From: Octopus vulgaris
Taxonomy: Eukaryota
Assembly: GCA_951406725.2 (NCBI GenBank)
Contig: OX597816.1
Span: 47,740,001 to 47,804,000 of the forward strand
Length of the DNA stretch: 64,000 nucleotides
Direction: 5' to 3'
The notes beneath the pieces were generated by a model, which made no database searches, was not told where the DNA came from, and saw only the letters and a list, made by a program, of their open reading frames with translations. The translations under genes and the position numbers were made by a program. Shown in pieces: positions 26,855-40,471 of the stretch; the stretch's first letter is position 1, and every line of letters begins with the position of its first letter.

Positions 26855-27248
26855 TTTTTATTTGTTTCAGTCATTTGACTGCGGCCATGCTGGAGTACTG
26901 CCTTTTGGTCAAAGAAATCAACCCAAGGACTTATTCTTTGTAATCCTAGAACTTATTCTCTTGGTCCCTTTTCTCAAACCGCTGAGTTATGAGAATGTAA
27001 ACACACCATCATCGGTTGCTAAGTGATAGTGGTGGGGTGGGGGGGCTAAACACAGACACATGAGTACACACACACACCCACACACATGAGAGGTTTCTTT
27101 CTGTTTCTGTCTACCAAATCCACTCACAAGGCTTTGGTCAGCCCAAAGCTATGGAAGAAGACACTTACCCAAGGTACCATGCAGTGAGACTGAACCTGGA
27201 ACCATGTGGTTGAGAAGCAAGCTTCTTACTACACAGCCACTCCTGTGA
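26855..27248 (-). mobile_element. SINE family A
   Basis: Full tail-to-head match. Confidence 0.85.
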
Positions 27249-27277
27249 CTGAAGCAGCTTTAATACCAAAAGATAAT

Positions 27278-27492
27278 CTTTTCTACTCTAGGCACAAGGC
27301 CTGAAAGTTTTTGGGGAGGGGGCCAGTCAATTAGATCGACCCCAGGATACAACTGGTACTTAATTTATCAGCCCTGAATGGATGAAAGGCAAAGTCGACC
27401 TTAACAGAATTTGAACTCAGAACATAAAGACAGACAAAATACTGCTAAGCATTTCGCCCAGCATGCTAACATTTCTGCCAGCTTGCTGTCTT
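27278..27492 (-). mobile_element. SINE family B (alternative tail)
   Basis: Core match. taccaaaagataa is duplicated on both flanks (TSD). Confidence 0.85.
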
Positions 27493-27629
27493 ACCAAAAG
27501 ATAAGCTTGATCTACAGCTTAATGTGGAGTTTGTGTTAGAACCCAGAATACCATGTTATTTACCTTGAGAGGATCTTTGATAAGGTTTTGGAGGGGCATA
27601 AAAGCATATGTAATTATATTGTTGACATA

Positions 27630-27796
27630 GGCATCGGAGTGGGTGTGTGGTAAGTAGCTTGCTTACCAACCACATGGTTCCAGGTTCAGTCCCACTGTGT
27701 GGCACCTTGGGCAGGTGTCTTCTACTATAGCCTTGGGCCGACCAAAGCCTTGTGAGTGGATTTGGTAGACAGAAACTGAAAGAAGCCCGTCGCATG

Positions 27797-27891
<95 letters not shown>

Positions 27892-28100
27892 TTGTGTGTC
27901 AATGTTTGTCCCCCCAACATTGCTTGACAACCGATGCTGGTGTGTTTACGTCCCCGTAACTTAGCGGTTCAGCAAAAGTGACCGATAGAATAAGTACTAG
28001 GTTTACAAGGAATAAGTCCTGGGGTCGATTTGCTCGACTAAAGGCAGTGCTCTAGCATGGCCACAGTCAAATGACTGAAACAAGTAAAAGAGTAAAAGAG
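27630..28100 (+). mobile_element. SINE family A, full length
   Basis: tRNA-like head, internal (TG)n, and (AGTAAAAG) tail. Confidence 0.9.
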
Positions 28101-28668
28101 ACAATCACTATTAAGATAAATATTGCATTTTAGTATCAATACTGTTACTGTTGCTATCAATTATTTTTTAAAATAAACCTGCTGGGTATTTGTGACATCA
28201 GTGCTTGAATACACTCTGAAATTCTATATATTGTTGACAGGGGGATTCGGTTTTGCTGGACAGCTCCCACTGAGGATCCCAAGAAGGGGGAAATCAAGTG
28301 ATCTGACAGTACTGGCAGTTGTAGCAGATTGTTCTCATCTATGAACAATATAGTTACAAGTGCTTTTATGTGCTACAAATCTATATGAGAGGTCTTCTTG
28401 AAATATATAATGCAGCATTCTGTGTTTCTACATAACCTCTATATTAAGTTGGAAATCAAGATTACCTTTCGATATTAAAACTACTTCTGTCACTATCAAT
28501 TATTATCCTCATCATCATTATTATTATCATTTTCATTAGCATTTTCTTTCAATTCTGTTTCCATTTCTTGCCAAGTGTCTTCCTGACACCTAGGGCAGAG
28601 AAACGTACTGTATACATTAATACGCCAGCAAAACAAGCACACCAGATTGTTCATTTACAGAGTCGTCG

Positions 28669-28703
<35 letters not shown>

Positions 28704-28888
28704 GTCATCATCATCGTCATCATCATCGTCATCATCATCATTATTATTATTATGTGAGGGCACATGGCCAAGTGGTTTGGGTGTTGAACACTATAAACAA
28801 ATTATTTGTGCAGGTCATTTGGGAAGCTGAATGCTCGCTCCTACATTGTCTTTGATAGAAAAATCCATCTTTATTATCATTATTATTA

Positions 28889-28956
<68 letters not shown>

Positions 28957-29025
28957 ATTATTATCATCATTATTATTATCATCATTATTATTATTATTAT
29001 CATCATATGTGTGTGTGTGTGTATG

Positions 29026-29056
<31 letters not shown>

Positions 29057-29124
29057 GTATATATAGTATGTGTGTGTGAGAGAGAGAGATAGCCATATAT
29101 ACATACATACATACATACATACAT

Positions 29125-29155
<31 letters not shown>

Positions 29156-29818
29156 ACAGATGCATGCACATTCGTATTTATACGAGTGCATGTGCAGTTT
29201 CGAGTATCTTACATAATTCTATGGTTCCACTAAGAAGGACAGTCTAAATTCATATATGATCTGTTTAATTACATTACAAGTTCTCAGAAATTACAATGAA
29301 TGTTGCATACCGGAGGCATGACATATTGTTTATGTTGGCCATTCTTCATTTCAAACCACTAGCTGAGAGAGAAAGATGCCTCTAAATTTTGGTAGCTGTT
29401 ATCAAGATAAGTTATCATATTTATTTGTTATTATCTATGTATGGTTCTCACAGTATTAATTCTATGTTTCTAAGAAGAAACAATTTTATTTTAATTATGA
29501 GATATTTAATTATATTACCTCATACATGATGCAACCACAGCAAGTACAGCACTGACTGACTGACGAACCAATTTTCCCATCCTTTTACTGTTCTTAATAA
29601 TCTTAGCAATCATTATAATTTTAACAAATCATAGACAACCAAGACAGGACTGCTATTTGCCTAAGCTCTGAATGTGTGGTATGAAGTTTGATTCCCATCC
29701 ACATGGTACTGGGTTCAGGTCCACTGTGTGGCCCCTTGGGAAAGTGTCTTCTCCTATAGCCCGCGGACAGTGAAAGCTTCATGAGTGGGTATAGTAGACA
29801 GAAATTGAAAGAACCTAT

Positions 29819-30360
29819 TGTATGTATGTATGTATGTATGTATGTATGTATGTATGTATGTATGTATGTATGTATGTATGTATGTATGAATGTTTGTATG
29901 TTTGTATGTATTTGTTTGTATGTTTGTATGTATGTATGTATGTATGAATGTATGTATGTATGTATGTATGTATGTATGAATGTATGTATGTATGTATGCA
30001 TGCATGCATGCATGTATGTATGTATGTATGTATGTATGTATGTATGTATGTATGTATGTATGTATGTATGTATGTATGAATGTATGTTTATATGTTTGTA
30101 TGTATGTATGTATATATGTATGTATGTATGTATGCATGTATGCATGTATGTATGTATGTATGTATGTATGTATGTATGTATGTATGTATGTATGTATGTA
30201 TGTATGTATGAATATATGTTTATATGTTTGTATGTATGTATGTATATATGTATGTATGTATGTATGCATGCATGCATGCATGCATGCATGTATGTATGTA
30301 TGTATGTTTGTATGTATGTACATACATGTGCAGATTTGTATGTTTTGTTTTATGTATGTA
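29819..30360. repeat. (TATG)n microsatellite grown from a SINE A internal tract (SINE head 29660-29818)
   Basis: Direct reading. Confidence 0.9.
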
Positions 30361-30908
30361 TTCTCAAGCATATAACTGCATATATTTAGACATGCGCATA
30401 TATATTTAAATGATAAACTTCTGGAAGGTCTTACAGATTTTTGCAATTCCAGTAATGGATTGGATCTGTAGCTTTCAAATCAGCTATCTCCTTTCTGATT
30501 TTGAAAGGCCTAATTTCTCAAGATTGGTATTTAGGCAGTGTGAACATATCCCAGGGTCCCAATAATTACCGGTATAAACCTGAACTTGTAATCTGGACCG
30601 AGTAACTACAGATTTTTCAATAGTTCAGCATAGGTATTCTCTTTTTCCCAGATCTTCAGCTTTATGTTAACATCTGCTGGGAAGCTAATTTCCACAACTA
30701 TACACAGTTTCTCTTCTCTATCCCAAATCATTATATCAGGTCTACAATGCTTACATTTTATTGAGATTTTCACTGGTACATTCCACCAGTATTCCTTTTT
30801 ATTATCAGTGGCTATGGCTTCTACCATACTGTGGGTTCTTATTTCTTTGTCCTTGGGGTTATCCTTCTGACAGATTTCATTACAGAGTGTCCTAGCAACA
30901 ACATCGTG
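30361..30908 (-). mobile_element. Restriction-like-endonuclease non-LTR element 3' fragment (R4/Dong-like)
   Basis: HDVVAR...WWNVPVK..KHCRPDIMIWDREEKLCIVVEISFPAD..EKENTYAEL = H(D/N)..PD..E..K RLE motif. Embedded in (TATG)n. Confidence 0.85.
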
Positions 30909-31947
30909 TATGTATGTATGTATGTATGTATGTATGTATGTATCTGTGTATGTATGAATGTATGTATGCATGAATGTATGTATGTATCTGTGTATGTATG
31001 TATGTATGAATGTATGTATGTATGTGTGTGCATATGTATGTGTGTATGTGTGTATGAATATGTATGCATGTAAGTATGAATGTATGTGTATGTATGTATG
31101 TATGTGTGTGTATGTAGGTATGTATGTATGTGTGTGTATGTATGAATGTATGTATGATGTATGTATGTATGTATGTATGTATGTATGTGTGTGTCTATGT
31201 ATGTATGTATGTATGTATGTATGTATGTATGTATGTGTGTGTCTATGTATGTATGTATGTATTTGTGTATATGTGTGTATGTGTGAATGTACATATGTAT
31301 GTATGTATGTATGGATGGATGTACATGTGTATGTATGTACGTATGTGTGTGCATGTGTCTTTGTGTCAGTATCTCTCACCCCCCACCACCATTTGACAGT
31401 TGGTGTTGGTGTATTTACATCCCCATAACTCACAAAGCTTTGGTTGACCTGAGGCTATAGGAATAGACACTTGTTCTGTTGGTCTCTTTTACTGATTGAT
31501 AGAATAATTATCACTGTGCAACACTCAAAAAAGTAGAAGAGATCTGTGGCCATTTTTATATGCCAAATGACATGGGAAATCCATTTCTAACCTTCTTTTT
31601 GTTGAATTAGGCATGGTTTCTACAGAATTGTCACTGTATACCCTTTTTGTCATTATTATTAAATAAAATTCTCTACCGCATTGTAAAATGGGTTTCAACC
31701 CAGGGCTAGAGACCAATCTTAGTAACACCTACAATGTGATATGATAAATAGCACTGTTACGGTTAAGAGACTTCAAGTATTCCATTTTCTATGAAGAACA
31801 ATAAAAGTTTTCTACAAATTTGAGATTACACTCAGTAAACAAAAACATGTGTGATCGTCATGGATGGAAGGTAGGATCCCGATATTTTCTTGTATTTTCT
31901 AGAATATAATGCTATTTTATATATAAAAATAATAAAAGCAGCTAATT

Positions 31948-32359
31948 GGCTTCCATGCCGGTGGCACATAAAAAGCACCATTTGAGCGTTATCGTTACCA
32001 GCGTCACCTTACTGGCACTTGTGCTGGTGGCATGTGAAAAAACATTCAGGTGAGGTCATTGCCAGTGCCGCTGGACTGGCTCCCGTGCAGGTGGCATATA
32101 ATAACACCATTTGAGTGTGGCTGTTGTTAGTACTGCCTGACTGGCACTTGTGCCGGTGGCACATAAAAGCACCCACTACACTCTTGGAGTGGTTGGCGTT
32201 AGGAAGGGCTTCCAGCTGTAGAAACTCTGCCAGATCAGACTGGAGCCTTGTGCAGCCATCTGGTTCGCCAGTTCTCAGTCAAATCGTCCAATCCATGCTA
32301 GCATGGAAAGCGGACGTTAAATGATGATGATGGTGATGATGATGATGATGATGATGATG
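31948..32359 (+). mobile_element. RTE LINE 3' UTR copy nested in the Chapaev element
   Basis: Four gtgccggtggcac-type units followed by the conserved terminus and (GAT)n. Confidence 0.85.
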
Positions 32360-33078
32360 TGCATAAAGTGTCGGAGACATGATCCAAGTGGTGGAAGTAC
32401 GTAATATTTCACTAAAAAAGATGTAAATAAAGACATAAAGTGCAAGCTTATCCTGGCGTTTCAAGAATTTTGCGAAAGGTTGTCGTTTTATATCGAAGTG
32501 TCATGCTGAGAACTTTATTTGTTCATCAGTATATAGTTATTTCTGGTTTCATATTCGACGTTGGTTTTGTTATGAAAGCCCAAGAATGTAATATTGAAAT
32601 AGAAAAACCTAAGACAAATCAGATAGTTGATGCTGTCCACCCAGCCATGGGCTTAACAGCTGATTTTGTTGTTCGTGAATTTGACGAGTGTAAGATGTCG
32701 GCAGCTTATATTTATTTCTTTTTGTATTTTGTTATTGGTTTTGTCGGCTCATAAGAAGTGTCAGAGACAAAAACTATGTAACTCTAAGAATGTAATATTG
32801 GAATAGCAACAAGAAAGCCTAAGATATTTTATGAGTGTTATCCTAGAAGTTTGTTTGTGTATATAGCTTACATTGTCTCACTGATTTGTCATTTGTTTGA
32901 GTTTGAAAAATCCCTAATTTACATGTAAAATGGAATTTGAGATGCTCCCCTTAAAACCATATTTTCTGGTTTATTATTGTGTGCTTATATTTAATTGAGT
33001 TTATCACTAAATACATTAAATTTTAAAGGTTGTGTTTAATGTTATCATTTATCTTTCAGATCTTATTTGTTTTCAAGG

Positions 33079-34737
33079 ATGAGTGGAAGACAGTGCAAAA
33101 ATGATCCAAACAGATTCTGTTATATCTGTGGGGTACCGACTTTTGCTAGAGAAAAGCACAGTATTACACGCCATATCAAAAAAATATACAAGGCGTATTT
33201 CGATTGTTACTTAGGAGACCAGGATAAGTCATGGGTTCCTCATGTGTGTTGCCTTACATGTGTGAAGACATTGAGTGCCTGGTATGCAGGAAAAAATGTT
33301 CACAGAAAGTTTGGTGTGCCAATGATTTGGCGTGAGCAGAATGATCACTCTAATGATTGCTATTTCTGTCACCATGACTTTACAGGCCATACTACAGCAA
33401 AGAAAAAGAAACACATTGTTTACCCAAATTTGCAATCAGCAATGTGCCCAGTAGAGCACTCAGAAAATTTACCTGTGCCTAAACCTTCAGATCAAGAAAT
33501 GCAGAGTTCCAGCAGTGCTGATGAACATTCCAGTGGTGAATGTGTGGAGCCCAATGATCCAGAAAGCGAGAATAAACCAATACCATTTTCTGAAGAGGCT
33601 CTAAATGACTTATGCAGGGATCTCTATTAACCAAAGAGAAAAGTGAGTTTTTGACATCAAGGTTTCAAGAACTTAATCTTCTTGAGAAAGGAGTGAAGAT
33701 AACACTGTACAGAAAATGTACAGAGGATCTGCTTGCATTATTCACCATGAAGGATGACTTATGCTTTTGTAATGACATCACTGAACTTTTTGAGCAACTG
33801 GAAATACCATATGATAAAACCAACTGGTGACTTTTCACAGATGCATCCAAGGACAGTATCAAAGCTGTTCTGCTTACACAATGGTAACATACTGCCTTCT
33901 GTTCCCATAGCTTATAGCACAACCATGAAATAATCATATGAAAATCTGAAAGCAATTCTAGCAAGCATGCAATATGATGATCATACCTGCCATATTTGTG
34001 CAGATTTTCATGTTGTGGCCATTCTTACTGGCCTTCAGCTCAGCTATACTAAATTTTGCTGCTTCCTGTGCTTATGGAATTCCAGTGCAAGAGCTGAATA
34101 TTATGTATGCAAGGATTGGCTGATCCGAGATGAAATTGAGCAAGGAAAACATAACATAGTGCACAAACCACTTGTGAAAAGTGACAGAATTTTTTCACTA
34201 CCTTTGCATATTAGGCAATTTGTTTAAGCAATTTGTGAAAGCCTTGGACAAGGAATCCTCTGCATTTGTATATCTTGCAGAAAAGTTCCCTTCCCTGAGT
34301 CAAGCTAAAATTAAGAAGGTTTCTTCTTAGGTCCCCAAATTCGAAAAATTGTACTTGATGAAACCTTCATCGCACATCTCAAGAGAAAAGAGAAGCTTGC
34401 CTTTGAGTCATTCAAGAAAGTTTGCGATAACTTTTTGGGAAACCATCATTTAGAAGACTATGTGCAAGTTGTGAATGATCTGCTGAGTCATTATCAGGAT
34501 ATGGGATGTAACATGGCTCTAAAAGTTCATGTGCTTCACTCTCATTTGTATTTTTTTGCAGAAAATCTTGGTGATGTGAGTGATGAACATGGTGAAAGAT
34601 TCCATCAGGATATTTCAGTGATGGAGCAATGATTCAAAGGAAAATGGAACCCTGGCATGTTGGCAGACTACTGCTGGGATATAAAAAAAGAAGATCACAC
34701 TTCTCACAAGAGGCTTAGAAGGACAAAAGTTGTTTAA
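33079..34737 (+). pseudogene. Chapaev3-like transposase pseudogene
   Basis: CKNDPNRFCYICG, LGDQDKSWVPHVCC, FGVPMIWREQNDHSNDCYFC, GLQLSYTKFCCFLCLW, KVHVLHSHL..SDEHGERFHQDI across ORFs 33067, 33612, 33967 and 34435. Confidence 0.85.
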
Positions 34738-34954
34738 CCCTTTTGTTACCGTATTTATTTTGAGATGCTCGGTGTTTCTTTCAATTTTAAATGTAACAAA
34801 GAATTTAGTAAAATAACTTAGTTATCATTCAGCTAGTGTTTAGAACATAAATTGTGACTAAGGTTTAGTGGAAAATTTTGATTCAAAACTTTTGAAAACA
34901 AGACATTCATACTCAGAGCCAGAGCCGGTTTCGGTCGAATTGGTATCAAAAGGG
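34738..34954. mobile_element. piggyBac-type MITE
   Basis: TTAA|cccttttgttacc ... ggtatcaaaaggg|TTAA: CCC termini with a TTAA duplication. Confidence 0.85.
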
Positions 34955-35620
34955 TTAAACGGACAGGTGTGTTTTTAATTCATAACCAATATTATATGTT
35001 TTGTTATACCAACTAAATTTTTGTTTTATTTTTTGTAACTTTCAGTATTTGCAATGTTGTGTTCAATATGCAATATTATGCAGTATATTATAAAACATAT
35101 AGTTCATGGTACAGAAAAACGGTGCCTAATCTGGAGAAATAAAGGCCAGAATTAGAATCAGGACAATTTTTTAACCCCCCAGAAACAAATTTTACTTAAC
35201 TTGTACTTTTTTTGAACCTGAAATTTGTTGCACAGTGTTACCAAACTAAAAAAAAAAAATACTGGGGTCGATTTATTCAACTAAAATCCATTAAGGCAGT
35301 GCCCCAGCATGGCCATAGTCTGATGACTGACTCAAGTAAAAGATAAAAGATAACGATATACTTCAAACTGGCTGAATCGATCACATTTCGAAAGTGATTG
35401 ATTCATCATCATCATTCTCGTTGTCATCCTCATTGTTGTTGTCATCATCATCCTCATCATCATTCAACATCCATTTTCCATGCTGTCATGGGTTGGACAG
35501 CTTGACAGGAGCTGGCAAGGCCAGGGTCCACCCCAGTCTGATTTGGCTTGGTTTCTACAGCTGGGTAACCTTCCTGGATAACCATCCACTTTAGAGAAAG
35601 TAGGTATTTTATTGTTGTAC

Positions 35621-35786
35621 AGGCATAGGAGCGGCTGTGTTGTAAGTAGCTTGCTTACTAACCTCATGGTTCCAGGTTCAGTTCCACCGCATGGAACCTT
35701 GGGCAAGTATCTTCTACTATAGCCTCAGGCCAACCAAAGCCTTGGGAGTGGATTTGGTAGACAGAAACTGAAAGAAGCCCGTCGTC

Positions 35787-35845
<59 letters not shown>

Positions 35846-36078
35846 GTGTGTGTGTATGTTTGTGTGTGTTTGTCCCCCCCAACATCGCTTGACAACCGAT
35901 GCTGGTGTGTTTGTGTTCCCGTAACTTAGTGGTTCGGCAAAAGAGACTGATAGAATAAGTACTAGGCTTACAAAGAATAAGTCCTGGGGTCGATTTGCTC
36001 GACTAAAGGCAGTGCTCCAGCAGGACCACAGTCAAATGACTGAAACAAGTTAAAGAGTACAGTGTAAAGAGTAAAGAG
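35621..36078 (+). mobile_element. SINE family A, full length
   Basis: Head, internal (TA)n, tail. Confidence 0.9.
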
Positions 36079-37038
36079 AGTTTGGATATATGCTTCATAT
36101 TCATATTTGAAATCTAAAGATAATTTAAGGTTGAAACTTAATAGTCAATTAAATTTGAAAAAGGGGAAATAGATAGCCATAACGAGAGGTGATTAAAAAG
36201 TTGGAATTTATGTGCATGCTTGCTTGCATATGATGATTACTACTTAAATATATGTGTCTGTGAGGGTGAATGGCCTAGCAGTTAACGTGTTGTACTCAGG
36301 ATTGTGAGATCATAGTTTCAGTTCATGGACCAGGCTTGGTGTTGTGTATTTGGACAAAACGTTTCATCTGATATTGTTCTAAGATCACTTTGGACACCTG
36401 ATGTGTGGTATACTATGCACCTGTTTTCGGCAATGCCAATTTAAGGTGGAAGTGAGTTGATACACAGCATGTATATTTGATCACTATAAACAAATCATTT
36501 GTGCAGTTTGTTTAACTTGAAATCACAGACCCATCTTTCTCAAACTATGAGAGACTACCATTATCATATGTATTTGTGGATGGAAAACAGTTTCATAGAA
36601 TTCTTAACATGGTGAGATGAAAATGAATTCACAGGTGGTAAAGCTTTGCAAATCTTTAAATTTTAGACATAAGAAATGCATAAAATAAACAGAAGAGGAT
36701 AAAAATGAACCAAAAATTCCCCAAAACGACCACTCAAGAAATTTCAAGACTATTACAATAAGAATAATGTAAAAGAGAGTTCAGTGTACAAGAGCATACT
36801 TAAACTTACTTAAATACACACAAACATATAATTTTTTTCTTTTGCATCCAAGTAACTACATTTATCTATATGTAATTCTATTATTTGCCAAACCAGATAC
36901 TACAAGATATTGTATTTAACTCAAATCATCTTTCTGTTTCTAAATGCAATATCTACTTAGATAAAAGCATTGTTATATGTATATACTCATACATATGTTA
37001 CACATTTATTATATACATGTGATTATATATGGAATTTC

Positions 37039-37113
<75 letters not shown>

Positions 37114-37134
37114 TGTGGGTAGGTGTATATATAT

Positions 37135-37340
37135 AGCTAATCCAAACATGAACAAAGAGAAAACTCAACAATGCGAGGACATGGAACAAATATAGTGTTA
37201 TTGGACGCTCAGGAAAGGAAAGAAAGAAGGAGGATTTAATGTTTTGAGTGGAGCTCTTTGTCAGAAGCATAGAAAAAGGAAAAGTCCAAAGAAGGGAGGG
37301 CGGGGAAAGAAAATTGCCACCGATACACACATGGTGCATA
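37135..37340 (-). mobile_element. Short Penelope-type pseudo-LTR remnant with decayed hammerhead
   Basis: Minus strand ctgacaaa-gag-ctcca-ctc-aaaacatt, lying between microsatellites. Confidence 0.45.
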
Positions 37341-37479
37341 TATGTGGGTGTATATATGTGTGTATAGATATGTGTGTGTGTATGTGTATATATAATATAT
37401 TTATATAATATATAATATAAAATACCTCCATTTATTTGCAGACCTAATATAGGTGCATAACATAAGTGTGTGTTTGTTT

Positions 37480-37537
<58 letters not shown>

Positions 37538-38204
37538 ATGTACATGTATGTATCTAAATACAACCACTCTAAAGATATGTTAAATCTAGAAAATTATGAT
37601 AAGCTTTTGAGCATACTATCTTGTAGCCCATATTACAAAGAACAGAATTGCATATAGATAAAGCTAATTAAAAGAATATACAAGTGAGACTTATGTATAT
37701 GGTTACACAAACTCATCTCTTTAATACTTCTTGAATACATATAATATATTTAAATATTTAATATATTTAAGCACATATTTATATGCAAAAACACTGCCTG
37801 AATATTTGTATATTTGAGAAAATAACAAGACAATTTTGCAATAAAAATATCCACAACTAATTGACAGGTACGTAGTAATATCTCATTAACGTTAATATAA
37901 ATAATTCATTAAATACTATTAAAAAGAAATGCAATTAAAAAAAAGAGTAACATTTTGAATAATTTAATAACAAAATATTTCAGCATAATTATTTTTATTA
38001 GAAAGTTTGTTGCAAGATTAAACAGGATAGTAAATGAACTTTCATAAATTTTTTTCATATATGTAATGTGCTTAATTCCACTTATGTTGTAGTAAAATTT
38101 TACAATACTTGGGCTTGATAATATATTTTAAAACAGCTGTTTAGTAAGCATGGGCACCAGGATGTTCGATGTTTTAAATTGCTAAGGAAGCATAACATAT
38201 ACAT

Positions 38205-38395
38205 AAGACAGAAATATTGGTTTCACATTGTGGCATAATGCCAGCAGTTTTGCTGTTACTTATTTTATCGATCTTGAATGGATGAATGGCAAAGTCAACC
38301 TTAGCAGAATTTGAATATGGAAAAGTAAAGATGAACAAAATACTGCTAAGCAGTTCGCCCAGTGTGCTAACAGCTCTGTGAGTTTGCCACCTCAT
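38205..38395 (-). mobile_element. SINE family B, decayed
   Basis: gatgaatggcaaagtcaaccttagcagaatttgaa core. Confidence 0.65.
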
Positions 38396-38934
38396 ATAAG
38401 GCAGAAATATATTAACCCTTAACAAACACCTAAGAATTATGAATTCAAAATACAAATAGGTTGGTATAAATTGATATATAAGAGAAGAACATTATACGTA
38501 TAACACTAATAAGAATTAATTAGTTTTGTTTTTATATGATGATACAAAAGCAATTCATGTATATGTGTGTGTGTGTGTGTTAATGTATGTATGTATGTAT
38601 ATGTATATATATATATAAATATATACATATATAAGACATAGAACTTACTAGAATGTAGGAGAAGGGTTATACGTTAGTGAAATTTATGGGTATAATATTT
38701 CAAAGTTCTATAAGCCCAATGCTGATAAAAGATCGCATTTGTGTCAGTATAAATAATTCATAAGATACTATAAAATAAAGTAACAGTTTGAATAATTAAA
38801 AGCTGAAGTACTTCAGCATAGTTATTTTCACTGGAAAGTAATGAATGCTTATTTTGTAATATACTTCATAAGTTTCTGAGATACAAATTTGGCTTGTTTT
38901 CATTATTATTACTGTTATCATCATCATCATCACC

Positions 38935-38965
<31 letters not shown>

Positions 38966-39042
38966 CCGTTGTCGGCGTCGTTGTCGTCGTCTTTGTCATC
39001 ATCATCATCGTCATCATCATCCTTATTAAAATTATTATTAAA

Positions 39043-39077
<35 letters not shown>

Positions 39078-39090
39078 CATTATTATTATT

Positions 39091-39474
39091 CTATGTTTGA
39101 CTTTTGCTTTATGTTTGTACAAGTTGGCTCCAAGTCTCACCCAGAGACCTCAAGAGACAACAGGTTGGAAGTTCACGTTGTTATGCCTAGTGTGCCATAT
39201 ATTTGGGTTTTTTTTTCCTTTTTTTTTTCTTTTTGATGTTGTACTAGTGAATGTCTAATAAATATATTAAAAAAAAAAGAAGTTTGTTTTAAACCTTGGG
39301 ATTACATAGAGAGTATTTTGCGTAGGATATGAGCAGTTCCCATGAGCACTATCTTTTGAATTTCTGCCATTTTGGGGTTTCCTGGTACCTGAGTTAGGTA
39401 GCGATCAGCCCCTTTCGCTATCATTCCCAGGGCACCTATGACAACAGGTATTGTTTTAGTCTTCAGGTTCCACA

Positions 39475-39478
<4 letters not shown>
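39091..39478 (-). mobile_element. R4/Dong-like non-LTR 3' end in (TAA)n
   Basis: KMWNLKTKTIPVVIGALG..IQKIVLMGTAHILRKILSM* plus UTR, with (TTA)n on both sides. Confidence 0.8.
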
Positions 39479-39512
<34 letters not shown>

Positions 39513-39653
39513 GAGTGAGAGAGCAGTGCATGCCATCAAAGTGACACTGGGGTAAAATATATGAAGCCCAGTATACCCATCATGACTAATCGTCTGATAA
39601 GGGTACACCAGGCACATTATTATTATAATTATCATTATTATTATTATTATTAT

Positions 39654-40180
39654 TCAGTAGCTTTATTTTTATAGCGTGCTTTCACTTCACTACCAAGCGC
39701 AGCTCTGTGTGCCTTGGGTATGTGCTGTGGTTTGCTGTGATGCTCTTATGGTTACTGTATTGAAAGTGTTATGCATAGGATGTGTACAGTGCCCAATAGT
39801 GCAATTTTCTCTATGTTATATATATTTCTAAGTCCTGGTGTCTTTGTTATGTATTTGTCTGAATATTTTTTTATCATACCCAATGCACCTACTATGATAG
39901 GAATTGTTTCTGTTTTTAGATTCCACATTCGAGTTTTATCTGTTTCCAAGTCTTTGTATTTTGAAAGTTTCTCCATTTCTTTTAGAGAAACATTGTCATT
40001 TGCTGTTATTGATACATCAATTAGAAAACATTTTTTTTTCATCATGATCTCTGATAACTATATCTGGCCTATTGGTTTTAATTTCTCTGTGTGTATTGAC
40101 ATATCCCAGACTATGGTTGCTTTCTCATTTTTTGTGACCTTTTCTGGCATGTGCCTATACCATCTTTTTTTCCTTCTTCC
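39654..40180 (-). mobile_element. Second R4/Dong-like non-LTR 3' fragment in (TAA)n
   Basis: WYRHMPEKV..IVWDMSIHT..CFLIDVSI..KEMEKLSKYKDL..IPIIVGALG (ORFs 40058 and 39752). Confidence 0.85.
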
Positions 40181-40202
40181 TATTATTATTATTGTTATTA
40201 TT

Positions 40203-40250
<48 letters not shown>

Positions 40251-40307
40251 ATTATCATCATCATCATTACTATTATTCTATTATCATTATTATTATTATC
40301 ATTATTA

Positions 40308-40347
<40 letters not shown>

Positions 40348-40379
40348 CATCATCATCATTACCATCATTACTATTATTC

Positions 40380-40437
<58 letters not shown>

Positions 40438-40438
40438 G

Positions 40439-40471
<33 letters not shown>

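Larger units (their letters stand above)
31512..35237 (+). mobile_element. Decayed Chapaev3-like (CMC) DNA transposon
   Basis: 12-bp TIRs cactgtgcaaca (31512-31523) and tgttgcacagtg (35226-35237) bracket a broken transposase. Confidence 0.75.
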
